Part shown: positions 1 to 8,924 of the stretch, piece by piece
Position numbering within the stretch: position 1 is the first letter of the stretch
How the letters are laid out: every line of letters begins with the position of its first letter
Assembly: GCA_965204665.1 (NCBI GenBank)
Contig: OZ242002.1
Coordinates: forward strand, 1,433,995-1,497,994
Source of the DNA: Thermodesulfobacteriota bacterium
GTDB lineage: Bacteria; Desulfobacterota_D; UBA1144; Nemesobacterales; Nemesobacteraceae
Length of the DNA stretch: 64,000 nucleotides
Reading direction: 5' to 3'
Position numbers and translations under genes: made by a program
The notes under the pieces: generated by a model
Databases searched by the model: none
Seen by the model: the letters and a program-made list of their open reading frames with translations, nothing else
What the model was told of the DNA's origin: nothing

Positions 1-69
1 GTCCGCAAGCTCTCTTTGTTGTGAATAGCGGGCCGTTTTCAGTCAGTTAAACTATTCATGCTAAATTAA
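1..69 (+). CRISPR. Partial CRISPR array at window edge: spacer-like 1-33 followed by one 36-nt repeat (34-69), GTTTTCAGTCAGTTAAACTATTCATGCTAAATTAAA
   Basis: The 36-nt unit starts GTTTT like type II repeats. Its first 14 nt are the exact reverse complement of 4522-4535 (predicted tracrRNA anti-repeat). Its 3' end carries TGCTAAATT, an extended -10-like motif as in Neisseria type II-C repeats. It lies directly downstream of cas2. Only one repeat copy falls inside the window, so the array itself is inferred. Confidence 0.4.
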
Positions 70-90
70 AAGTGTGGATAGGCGGTTACG

Positions 91-155
91 GTTCCCAAAC
101 GAATTAAAAAAGACATATTTGTTTGGGAACCTTTTCTGTTTTTCTTCGTTTTTTT
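91..155 (+). terminator. Hairpin plus T-rich tract between the repeat and the cas2 3' end; candidate terminator for plus-strand pre-crRNA read-through
   Basis: Perfect 11-bp inverted repeat GGTTCCCAAAC...GTTTGGGAACC (91-131, 20-nt loop), followed by TTTTCTGTTTTTCTTCGTTTTTTT on the plus strand. No T-tract follows it on the minus strand. Confidence 0.35.
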
Positions 156-433
156 CCATAAAAAACCTGCATTCGCTCAAATTGCTTATCTGTAATATTA
201 ATAACTCTCACCTCGCCTCTTGGAGGCAAAGCATTGCGAACTTTTCCGGCATGCACATATGCGTTTTCATCACTGGCACAATGTCGTACGTAAACGGAAA
301 ACTGAAGCATGGAGAACCCATCTTGGATGAGGGATTTACGGAATTGGGTATATGAACGCCTATCCGCTTTATTCTCTGTGGGTAGATCAAACATTACTAT
401 TACCCACAAAGTTTTATATCCTCCGAAGATCAT
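104..433 (-). CDS. cas2: CRISPR-associated endoribonuclease Cas2
   Basis: 109 aa. N-terminal VIVMFDLPTE...SLIQDGFSMLQFSVYVR matches the Cas2 fold signature. Sits directly downstream of cas1 with a 1-nt gap. Confidence 0.85.
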   Translation of the reverse strand: MIFGGYKTLWVIVMFDLPTENKADRRSYTQFRKSLIQDGFSMLQFSVYVRHCASDENAYVHAGKVRNALPPRGEVRVINITDKQFERMQVFYGKKRRKTEKVPKQICLF

Positions 434-435
434 TT

Positions 436-1347
436 TTATATCAGAACCATTTCTTGTTGTTTCTTAATTACAAGTTCTGGGATTTCTAAGAATTCGGACC
501 CTTCGGTTAAAGACTTTTTTAAACTTGCGGCGGTATGTTGCAAAGCTACCATGAAAGGGATGTTTCTTCCTCTAAAAGACAACGGTTCAGCCAAGATGGA
601 TAGTAGAAAAGCTTTTGTTTTTTTATTGATATCAAATATTCCCCGCTCCCAGAGTTTATATACCTTTCTGTCAACTGCTGGCCTGAATGGTTCAATCAGG
701 TCGTCCGCAAGGCACATGGGATTGTATTGATTATGGTGGTGGATACCCAAAGCTGGGTGCAGACCTGTCCCGCAGATAGCGCGAGCAACGGAGGACCTTA
801 CTAGAGAGTACCCATAATTCAGCAGAGAGTTTGTCCCATCAGCTTCTTGGTCTCGTTTGAAACTTTGACCGAACATTAGCGGCCAGTAAATTCTTGATGC
901 CTGAGATTCGATATTTTCAGGGTCACCGCTCCGTACACGCGATTTCATTGAGTTGAGACCGGGAGAAGATTTTCCACAAGAAAGCAATGCCTTTATTTGA
1001 GCTTCTATTTTTGCAATTACAATCTTCTGCCAAAGACGCTTTTTTAGAGGTTTCTTCACACTCGTCTGAATATTTAAAATTTTACTGTGTAGGCAATTTC
1101 CAGAGAGAGGGAGAAGGACAGATACAGGTATATGTCTGCGGTCGCAAAAAATGATAATACAGTTGTTCTGCTGACAGGATGCTATGAGGTTTGAAGAGAT
1201 CGTCACTGATGGATTGGACACTATAAGTACTCCGATATCTTCAATTGGAATCCTTCCGACTTCGATTTTCTGCTGCTCAATTACCATCTGAAGATTCTTA
1301 GTATGAAGATAGGAAGGAGTGCTGATATCGACAATGCGTTTAACCAT
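436..1347 (-). CDS. cas1: CRISPR-associated endonuclease Cas1 (type II)
   Basis: 303 aa. Conserved Cas1 C-terminal region ...GIHHHNQYNPMCLADDLIEPFRPAVD. Overlaps the cas9 stop by 8 nt. Confidence 0.9.
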   Translation of the reverse strand: MVKRIVDISTPSYLHTKNLQMVIEQQKIEVGRIPIEDIGVLIVSNPSVTISSNLIASCQQNNCIIIFCDRRHIPVSVLLPLSGNCLHSKILNIQTSVKKPLKKRLWQKIVIAKIEAQIKALLSCGKSSPGLNSMKSRVRSGDPENIESQASRIYWPLMFGQSFKRDQEADGTNSLLNYGYSLVRSSVARAICGTGLHPALGIHHHNQYNPMCLADDLIEPFRPAVDRKVYKLWERGIFDINKKTKAFLLSILAEPLSFRGRNIPFMVALQHTAASLKKSLTEGSEFLEIPELVIKKQQEMVLI

Positions 1348-4300
1348 CTCGGTTTTTCAAGAGGACCCCGAGCACATCCACGGACTCCTTCCGCATATCA
1401 AAGTTTTTCATAAGTACTGAGATACTTTTCTGTACGCATTCCTTTTTGTTGTTTAGCGTTGCTGCACTGAGGAGTCTCAAAGTTAGTCTTGAGGCACTAG
1501 CCTCAAGTTTCTGCACACGGTAAAATACCCTTTCACCGTTCTCCTCTAGGCTTACGGTATCGTTACTGCAGAGATAGGTTATGTACTCCCAATCTTCTCC
1601 ATGTTCAGTTCTTACAATCGGCTCCTTGAATATCCGAACCTTTTTCGCAACTTCCATGGTTGTTATGAATTCACCTTCATATTTTCCGTTTTGACGGTTT
1701 CTTGTTATTTCTACATGGTGGATATTTCCGTACCTGAGAACATGTAGGGTTTTGCCTTCCTCGTTCTTGTGGTTCCAGTAGGAGTCTTCCGGAAAATCTT
1801 TCGACACCCAGACCCTTGCGCGACATATTTCGTTTCTCGTTTTCGGATGGATCAATGGCTTTTTCGACAATTGCTTCATTGCGGTTTTTACATCTCCTCC
1901 ACCCTCCCAGACATATCTCTCGACTGCAGATCTGATCACAGGGCAAACAATGTTTCCTTTTTCCTTCTCGGTCATATTCTCAAGCATTTTACGCACCACT
2001 AACCCGTGTTTTCCGCCTTCGCCTTCTCTTATCCCGTAGACCGTCTCCTCATGGAACGCTCCAGTTAATTTTCTGTTGGTAGCATGCGAGACTATGAGAT
2101 TTCCTAGTCGGTTGGAAAGAGTATCTCTCAGTTTTAGAAGCGGCGGGTCGACCTTGATTTTGTGATCGGGAGAAATGTCATCATCATCTGGTTTCTGCAA
2201 CTCGGTAATTTGATGAATGATCTTCTGGTAAAGCCTGCGGGTTGTGAGTGCGATTACAGTTGCGTCAACAGCATGGTGCCTGTGGTCTTCTCTGTTTTTT
2301 TCTCCACTATCCCCGAGCAAATTATTGAGTCCCCACTGTTTCCGTAGCCAGCTTGTCGCGCCACCTTTGGTGAAAGATACGTCACAACCTAAGTTCCTTA
2401 TATATTTTCCTGCTTCTCTTGATATGTAGCGTGCGTCTGTCAACTGATTGCTTATAAATTCATCAATTCCACCAAGGTCTTCTTTTAGTAATCTTTCTTT
2501 TTTTGGTCTGGGTAGTGAATTTGAAATTGACAAAATAGAATCCCATTCTTCAGTTTCTTCAAACGCTTCCCGAGGAGTCCTTGCTCCTTTTTCCCTGTTC
2601 TTTCTTGAAAAACAGATAACTTTGTTCATGTACGAGTCGTCAAGGGACCTCTTATACGGAAGTATATGATCAATCTCCGTTTCATCGGTAAAAAGTGTGG
2701 TTTTAGATATCATTTCTCCGCTGTAAATGCATACTCCCCCGCTTTCTTCCCATAGGCGGTATTTCAGTCTGTCCTGATAACTTATGTTCTTCTTGAGTTT
2801 AAGTTGTTGGTTATTGACCCTGATTATTTCATATTGTTCTCTAGCTCTTTCATTTGATTCTTCGTTCTTTTTGTACCTTGCGAGAGTTTCCTTGTACCTT
2901 TTAGTGTTCATTTCAAGGTCTCGCGCCATTTCTATTCGTACTGCGGATGGTTTACCGTATTTTTTGATAATTGCGTTTATAACATGTCGGAGTTCGTAGA
3001 GGGCCTTTTGAACTATTGGATTCGGTATCCAAGGTGGAGACGGAAGCAGGTCAGAATTTCCTTTTTCAACTTCACTGAACTTGTATCCTGCAATGTCTAC
3101 AGCATCATGATATTTTTTCCCTTCTTGCAGATAATGAAGAATCTTTTTCGTTGCTTTCAAAGAAAGGTTCGAATGTTCTTCCTCTAGTTCCACCACAGCA
3201 AGTCTAGTAGCTTCTTCTTCAGGAAATCTCCAGTGATTTAGGAAACGCTTTTTGAGCCCTTTTTTTGAGTTGTAAGAGATTATATCTTCGACAATCTGGG
3301 ACTGTTTCTCTTCACTGAAAGAATCCCAACTATCTCCGAGAATCTTTCTTATATCGCACGCTGTTGTATTTCCTTTGAGACCTTTTGTATTTCCCGGAAC
3401 CTTCTGAAGGTTAAATTCCGTTGCTTTGGGTAGTTTCAGAGCTTTTCTCACTGACGACCATGAGAGCCGTTTTGTCTTTTCAAGTTCACAAGCAAGATTT
3501 TTTTTCTGTTCGTCAGATAGAGGTATATCTATCTCACCTGTTTCAGGATCATCATAAGAGAGATTATTTATTTGTTGCCAGTAGCGAAATTGCTGAGATT
3601 CAAGGCGGGCATTCCTAGTTCTGCTCAACTTGGGTTCGAATGTACAATGCCCCACTCTATCCGGCTTCAGTTTAAGAGGTCTTTGGAAAAAGATGATGTG
3701 CTCAAGTTCCTCCTTCATCTTCTTATGGTAGATTTCAGGATTGAGTTCCGACTGCTTTTCCCATATCTTTTCGAACTCTTCTTTGTACATTGCCCTGTCC
3801 GTGTGTCGGTCATGTAGCGACCCCCTGTTTCGTTTGCGGGGAAGTCCAGACAGGTACTCTCCGAGAGTTCTAGTACCGACCTCGTCCATTTCCTTCCTGA
3901 GTGTTTTTATGTATCCCTTCAGATTTTTTTCGTCGTTGTCTTTATTGGAAGAGTTGTTTTCTTTTTCAAGAATGTTTTGGGCTTTGATGTCATCCGCCAA
4001 GTCTCCAAATGAGGTCTTGCGGTTGCTTAGAAACCCCCTGCGGGACCCTAGATGAAGAAGCGCTCTGCCAAACTCATGACGAGTCAGTTCCTCGTCCATC
4101 GCTTTTTTTCTTATTGAATAAGGGTCTCCCAACTTATTGAGTTCCTGCTCGGGGGAGGAATTATTCTTCAATGAATCGGGCAGAAATCCTTTGAGGACAA
4201 GGTAGTTTCTCAGGCGATTTTTACGTCTACTGCGACGTTGCACCTGTCTTCTCTGGAGGCGTGATTCTCTGCGTTTTCTATTTTTCGGGGTAGGGGATTT

Positions 4301-4447
4301 ATCTTCAACGGAGCGGATGAATATGCGACTTCCACAGTCGATAAATTTTCTGGGTTCTCCATATTTCTCTTCTATTATGCTCCATCCGATAGAGTTTGTC
4401 CCCATATCAAGTCCTATAGCGTATTCAGATAAATTCGACTTTTTCAT
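1340..4447 (-). CDS. cas9: Cas9 (type II-C, compact 1035 aa)
   Basis: RuvC-I motif IGLDMGTNSIGWSI at the N-terminus; HNH motif IDHILPYKRSLDDSYMNKVICFSRKNREKG; RuvC-III HHAVDATVIAL. Followed by cas1-cas2 with no csn2 or cas4, hence II-C. Confidence 0.95.
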   Translation of the reverse strand: MKKSNLSEYAIGLDMGTNSIGWSIIEEKYGEPRKFIDCGSRIFIRSVEDKSPTPKNRKRRESRLQRRQVQRRSRRKNRLRNYLVLKGFLPDSLKNNSSPEQELNKLGDPYSIRKKAMDEELTRHEFGRALLHLGSRRGFLSNRKTSFGDLADDIKAQNILEKENNSSNKDNDEKNLKGYIKTLRKEMDEVGTRTLGEYLSGLPRKRNRGSLHDRHTDRAMYKEEFEKIWEKQSELNPEIYHKKMKEELEHIIFFQRPLKLKPDRVGHCTFEPKLSRTRNARLESQQFRYWQQINNLSYDDPETGEIDIPLSDEQKKNLACELEKTKRLSWSSVRKALKLPKATEFNLQKVPGNTKGLKGNTTACDIRKILGDSWDSFSEEKQSQIVEDIISYNSKKGLKKRFLNHWRFPEEEATRLAVVELEEEHSNLSLKATKKILHYLQEGKKYHDAVDIAGYKFSEVEKGNSDLLPSPPWIPNPIVQKALYELRHVINAIIKKYGKPSAVRIEMARDLEMNTKRYKETLARYKKNEESNERAREQYEIIRVNNQQLKLKKNISYQDRLKYRLWEESGGVCIYSGEMISKTTLFTDETEIDHILPYKRSLDDSYMNKVICFSRKNREKGARTPREAFEETEEWDSILSISNSLPRPKKERLLKEDLGGIDEFISNQLTDARYISREAGKYIRNLGCDVSFTKGGATSWLRKQWGLNNLLGDSGEKNREDHRHHAVDATVIALTTRRLYQKIIHQITELQKPDDDDISPDHKIKVDPPLLKLRDTLSNRLGNLIVSHATNRKLTGAFHEETVYGIREGEGGKHGLVVRKMLENMTEKEKGNIVCPVIRSAVERYVWEGGGDVKTAMKQLSKKPLIHPKTRNEICRARVWVSKDFPEDSYWNHKNEEGKTLHVLRYGNIHHVEITRNRQNGKYEGEFITTMEVAKKVRIFKEPIVRTEHGEDWEYITYLCSNDTVSLEENGERVFYRVQKLEASASRLTLRLLSAATLNNKKECVQKSISVLMKNFDMRKESVDVLGVLLKNRDG

Positions 4448-4499
4448 CTTTAATTGTAAAAAATTCCTCCTGTTCGCTTGACTTTCAAGCCGTATATTG

Positions 4500-4633
4500 T
4501 AACGTATTAAGCAAGTTACACAACTGACTGAAAACTGCCATGATATTTGCTTTTGCTATTCATAACAAGAAGCGAATGTTTCGCAGGTAATCTCTACGGA
4601 GAACCCAGCCCTCGCACTCGGGGGCTTTTTTTT
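4500..4633 (+). ncRNA. Predicted tracrRNA (anti-repeat 4522-4535, internal hairpin, intrinsic terminator 4608-4633)
   Basis: AACTGACTGAAAAC at 4522-4535 is the perfect reverse complement of the repeat 5' end (34-47). Flanking partial complementarity is consistent with a lower stem, bulge and upper stem. Downstream hairpin GCGAA-TGT-TTCGC, then GCCCTC-GCACTC-GGGGGC followed by T8 on the plus strand. No plus-strand protein gene lies upstream that this terminator could serve. Confidence 0.5.
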
Positions 4634-4655
4634 ATCTGATTTTCGACTGTTGACT

Positions 4656-6092
4656 TTAGTCGGTTTGCAGATTTTTGAGGGATTCGAATTCAAACAACGC
4701 TTTTTTTCTTGCTGTCGAATGATCAACTATCTGAACTGGGTAAGATCCACGACCTGAACCTTTCCACGGTTCATGAGTATACAGGTTCGACACATTCTTG
4801 AGTTCCGGAATCCATCTCCGCACATAATCACCTTCCGGGTCGAATTTCTTTCCTTGGAGAGTCGGATTGAAAATACGAAAAAAGGGAGCGGCGTCCACCC
4901 CGCATCCCGCGACCCACTGCCAACTGACTGAGTTGTTCGCGAGGTCCGCGTCCACCAGAGTTTCGAAGAACCACTCGGCACCCCGCTGCCACGGAATTAA
5001 GAGATGTTTTACCAGGAATGACGCAGCGACCATCCGCACGCGGTTATGCATCCATCCGGTTGTCAGGAGCTGGCGCATTCCCGCGTCCACTATGGGATAA
5101 CCGGTAAGTCCTCGTTGCCAAAGGTCAAGCAACTCTTCGTTATCTTTCCAGGGGAATCGTTCAAATTCTTTCCGAAACGGCTTGTCGGGAAATTCCGGCC
5201 GGTGATAGAGAAGATGATGGGAGAATTCCCGCCAGATCAACTGACGCAAAAAGGAATCACAGTCTTCTTGAGAGCGGTTTTTCAGATTACGGCTTGCCGA
5301 GTGCCAGCAGAGCCTAGGTGAAATCTCTCCGAAATGAAGATGAGGAGAAAGCTTGGAAGTTCCGGAGACATCCGGCCGGTCGCGTTGCGTTTTATAGAGG
5401 GCCCCCGAATTTTCAAGAAACGAATCAATCCGCACAAGGGCTCCCCGTTCTCCGGGCGTCCATAAGTCGAGCCATCCCAGAGCCCGGTCGGGCTTTTGCG
5501 GAAGCAGGTTCCATGCTGAGAGAGAATCACCTCTCAAAGGTTTTTCCGGGCGGGAAATCTCTCTGGGTGCGGGAAGTGGCGAGCGGAGAGGGAGTTTTTT
5601 GAGGCACGCTCTGTAGAAAGGCGTGAAGACCCTGAAGCAGTCGCCTTTTCCGGTCGCTACCGATTCGGGAGGAAAAAGAAGACTGCCGTCGAAAGCGCGG
5701 ACCCCGATTCCAGTATCAGTTAGAACCCGTTCCACTTCCGTTTCTGTCTTTTTCGCGTGAGGTTCCGAAAGCCGGTTGAAATGGACAGCCGCAGCCCCGG
5801 TTTCGCGGGCAATTTCCGCGAGCACATCCGGAGGATTACCGCACCTGAGCAGAAGGCGATTCCCGTAGGACCCGAGAGTCTCATCAATTCCCGCGAGACT
5901 GTGGTGGAGCCACCATCTGCTTGCTCCCCGCGGAGCCCAGGGGTCGGAGTCTCCGTCTTCGAGTATGTAGACCGCTATCACAGGTCTTGATTTTTCTGCG
6001 GCCGCGAAAAGCGCAGGATTATCCGTAACCCTGAGGTCTTTTCGGAACCAGTGAATTACAGGATGTTCTTTTTCCCCTGTATGATTCATCAT
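4656..6092 (-). CDS. phr: Deoxyribodipyrimidine photolyase (class I CPD photolyase/cryptochrome family)
   Basis: 478 aa. N-terminal IHWFRKDLRVTDNPAL and FAD-binding C-terminal WQWVAGCGVDAAPFFRIFNPTLQGKKFDPEGDYVRRWIPEL. Confidence 0.9.
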   Translation of the reverse strand: MMNHTGEKEHPVIHWFRKDLRVTDNPALFAAAEKSRPVIAVYILEDGDSDPWAPRGASRWWLHHSLAGIDETLGSYGNRLLLRCGNPPDVLAEIARETGAAAVHFNRLSEPHAKKTETEVERVLTDTGIGVRAFDGSLLFPPESVATGKGDCFRVFTPFYRACLKKLPLRSPLPAPREISRPEKPLRGDSLSAWNLLPQKPDRALGWLDLWTPGERGALVRIDSFLENSGALYKTQRDRPDVSGTSKLSPHLHFGEISPRLCWHSASRNLKNRSQEDCDSFLRQLIWREFSHHLLYHRPEFPDKPFRKEFERFPWKDNEELLDLWQRGLTGYPIVDAGMRQLLTTGWMHNRVRMVAASFLVKHLLIPWQRGAEWFFETLVDADLANNSVSWQWVAGCGVDAAPFFRIFNPTLQGKKFDPEGDYVRRWIPELKNVSNLYTHEPWKGSGRGSYPVQIVDHSTARKKALFEFESLKNLQTD

Positions 6093-6199
6093 CTGCCTTC
6101 ATTTCTCGGGATTCGGTAAGATTATACCGAAGTAGAACCGGGTGCCGCGTGACCGGCATCCGACATTAATGTGCTATTAAAGAAGGCGAGGTCCGTCCC

Positions 6200-7108
6200 A
6201 TGTCCCGTCCGGATGCAGAGAAACAAGGTTTCAAGTCAGGATTCATTTCCGTGGTCGGAAGACCGAACGTAGGCAAATCCACGCTTGTAAATTCAATTGT
6301 CGGAGAGAAAGTCTCCGCGGTTTCCGATAAGCCCAGCACCACCAGGAACAAGATAGTCGGCGTGAAAACCTTCGAGGATTCACAGCTGATTTTCCTTGAT
6401 ACACCCGGGGTTTACAGGGAAAAAACGAGACTCGGAAAATCCATGGCCCGCGCAGTCAGCAGCGCTCTCGCCGACTCGGACCTGATCATGTTCGTAACGG
6501 ATGTGGAAAAACCGCTCGGTATTGCGGACAAGGGTATACTTGAGATGCTCGCGAAGCCCCCTGTTCTTGTTATAAACAAGATTGACAGGATCAAAAAATC
6601 AAAACTGCTTCCTGTCCTTTCCGCTGCGGACGGATTTACCGGGAAATTCCTTGAACTCGTCCCCGTCAGCGCTCTTGACGGAGACGGCGTTGTGCAGATT
6701 GTGGAACTGCTCAAAAAGTATCTGCCCGAAGGACCAATGTATTTTCCTAGGGAAGTTTTCACCGACCAGCCGGAAGTTTTCTACATAGCGGAGATTGTAA
6801 GGGAGAAGATATTCAATCTCACCCGAAAAGAGATTCCCTACAAAGTGGCGGTTCTGGTCACGGGTTTCAGCGAGGACGCGAAAAAAAACCTGATAAGCGT
6901 GAACGCGGAAATCTATGTTGAGAGAAAGAGCCATAAAAGAATCGTCATAGGAAAGGGCGGAGCGATACTCAAACGGGTGGGCTCGGAGGCGAGAGCCGAG
7001 ATTGAAAGCACTCTGGGTACAAGACTGTTTCTTGATCTTTATGTGAGAGTAAAGAAGAACTGGACAGGAAACGATTTTCTGATAAGAGAGTTCGGCTACG
7101 GGGAGTGA
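6200..7108 (+). CDS. era: GTPase Era
   Basis: G1 motif GRPNVGKSTL, G3 DTPG, NKID G4 motif; C-terminal KH domain. 302 aa. Confidence 0.95.
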   Translation: MSRPDAEKQGFKSGFISVVGRPNVGKSTLVNSIVGEKVSAVSDKPSTTRNKIVGVKTFEDSQLIFLDTPGVYREKTRLGKSMARAVSSALADSDLIMFVTDVEKPLGIADKGILEMLAKPPVLVINKIDRIKKSKLLPVLSAADGFTGKFLELVPVSALDGDGVVQIVELLKKYLPEGPMYFPREVFTDQPEVFYIAEIVREKIFNLTRKEIPYKVAVLVTGFSEDAKKNLISVNAEIYVERKSHKRIVIGKGGAILKRVGSEARAEIESTLGTRLFLDLYVRVKKNWTGNDFLIREFGYGE

Positions 7109-7123
7109 CAAACTGAGTTTATT

Positions 7124-7927
7124 TTATTCTCCCCGGAAAACAGGCTTTCTTTTTTCCATAAACGCCTTTCTGCCCTCACGGTAGTCTCTGCTTCCGCACA
7201 CCTCCCGGATGAGGGATTCCAGAACTGCCCGTTCACTTTCTGAAAGAGTTTGTTTCTCCTCCCAGATATTCATCATTTTCTTCATGGAGATCATGGAAAG
7301 AGGAGCGTTTTCAATTATGCTTTCCGTTGCTGAACGGACGAACTCTCCAAGTTTTTCTTTTTTCACCAAATGATTTACAAGCCCGTTTTCCAGAGCCCTT
7401 CGCGCAGTTATGGGTCGTGCGGTCAGAAAAAGTTCTCTTGTAAGTCCCGGCCCGATCAGATTGAGAAACTTCTTTATCCCCTCGTAAGAGTAGGTCACTC
7501 CGAGTTTTGCCGGGGGCATGGCGAACTTCGCATCGTCTGCTGATATTCTGATGTCGCATGCGACCGCAAGTTCGAGTCCCGCCCCGAACGCATGACCGTT
7601 TATCATGGCCACCACGGGAAGAGGACAGTTTCTCACCGCGCGCATCGCCTGCGTCAGAGGGTGATTCTCCCTTCTGTAGATATCTTCATCCGATATAGCC
7701 TTTATGTCGTATCCGGAGCAGAACGCCTCGTCTCCATTCCCCGTTACGATTATGCATCTGACGGCCGAGTCGCTGCCGAGTTTCTCCAACTCCGAGGCGA
7801 TCATTCTGAGAGCGCCTGCGGAGAGGGAGTTTCTTGTATCCGGACGGTTTATAGCGAGAGTTGCTGTGCCTCCCTCTATTTCTACGAGAATTTCCTTGTC
7901 CGCCGCCATGGGGAAATTATATATCAT
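7124..7927 (-). CDS. Enoyl-CoA hydratase/isomerase (crotonase family)
   Basis: 267 aa. ATLAINRPDTRNSL...CIIVTGNGDEAFCSGYDIKA...MINGHAFGAGLELAVACDIRI are typical crotonase-fold motifs. Confidence 0.8.
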   Translation of the reverse strand: MIYNFPMAADKEILVEIEGGTATLAINRPDTRNSLSAGALRMIASELEKLGSDSAVRCIIVTGNGDEAFCSGYDIKAISDEDIYRRENHPLTQAMRAVRNCPLPVVAMINGHAFGAGLELAVACDIRISADDAKFAMPPAKLGVTYSYEGIKKFLNLIGPGLTRELFLTARPITARRALENGLVNHLVKKEKLGEFVRSATESIIENAPLSMISMKKMMNIWEEKQTLSESERAVLESLIREVCGSRDYREGRKAFMEKRKPVFRGE

Positions 7928-8076
7928 CGCTGTTTCGTGTCTAAACTCCGCCGCTCGAAGATCTTTCTGTCTTAACGCCGAAAACCGTCAGGTTAGACGG
8001 TCATGAATCCTGCTAAGAACGGAGTTGTTTCTCCGTACGGGTAACTCCTGCCGTTCGATCACGGCGTAATCTATTC

Positions 8077-8367
8077 TTGAACCATCATTCCGACGGGAGG
8101 TTTGTCGCCTGCAGTGCGGGAAGTTGTCCGCGGGGTGAAATCAATCCCCAAGCACTCAATCTCCTACTGCAGCGCGGACATGGTACGGAGTATCTGCGCT
8201 CCAAGTCATGGAAAGAGTTCGAGTCGGAAGACGTGCCCGTCATGGATTTTGTATTTACTGTGTGCGACGATGCTGCGGGAGAAACCTGTCCTCTCCGGCC
8301 CGGAAAACCTGTAACGGCCCACTGGCGGCTTGCAGACCCCTCGGATATCGAGGGCAACTACCAATGA
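8077..8367 (+). pseudogene. ArsC/LMW-PTP-family arsenate reductase fragment (N-terminal P-loop missing)
   Basis: Retains YSAG-like FVACSAGS and the distal Cys pair VFTVCDDAAGETCP...HW..DP. No CX5R P-loop is encoded in any upstream frame (in-frame TAA at 8014). The ORF starts at TTG. Confidence 0.4.
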
Positions 8368-8603
8368 GCGGCGGAACTTTTACCGAGGCGTATCTTTTGT
8401 CGGAGGGGCGTATAAAGGCGTTTCTCTCGCTTGATTTTGAATCTCTCCCGAATGAGCAACTTGAGAAAAGTCTCGGGGAAATCGGTGCATTCAGATAGTT
8501 TTTCCACCTGTCCTCTTTATGTTTTCCGATTCACCGGGTGGTTCGGGGTTATGGGCGGTCTGATAAAACACAGCGGGTTTTACGAAAAAGTCGCGATTTG
8601 ATC

Positions 8604-8924
8604 TCAATCGGGAGATTCTTCCTTTCCTGAAACCATTTCCATGAAATCCGTTTCCTGCAGTATTCGTATCGGTTGTCCTTTCGCTATGAGTTCTTCCGCT
8701 CTTTTTTCTTTTGAAGTTTTCCTGTGCTCTCTGCGACTGCGGCCGTCATAGTTCCCGGATACCGGAACAGTAGTTTTTGTCGTCACATTTTCTTCTACTC
8801 CGTGTCCGTGGATAACTGCAATCGCAGATGCCTGCTTCCCTCTGATCGACAGCGGGCCGGTGAAAACGACTGTTTCTCCGATTTTATATTCTGCGCCGGG
8901 AGCGGAAGGTTCCGGATATTTCAT
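8604..8924 (-). CDS. BRCT-domain protein, translationally coupled to the upstream exonuclease
   Basis: GETVVFTGPLS...KGQPIRILQETDFMEMV resembles the C-terminal BRCT domain of NAD-dependent ligases and BRCT-exonucleases. ATGA overlap with the exonuclease stop. Confidence 0.5.
   Translation of the reverse strand: MKYPEPSAPGAEYKIGETVVFTGPLSIRGKQASAIAVIHGHGVEENVTTKTTVPVSGNYDGRSRREHRKTSKEKRAEELIAKGQPIRILQETDFMEMVSGKEESPD

Noticed and set aside
74-355. 93-aa plus-strand ORF overlapping cas2
   Set aside because: Antisense to a well-supported Cas2 gene. Low-complexity translation (FFSSFFSIKN...) and no recognisable domain.
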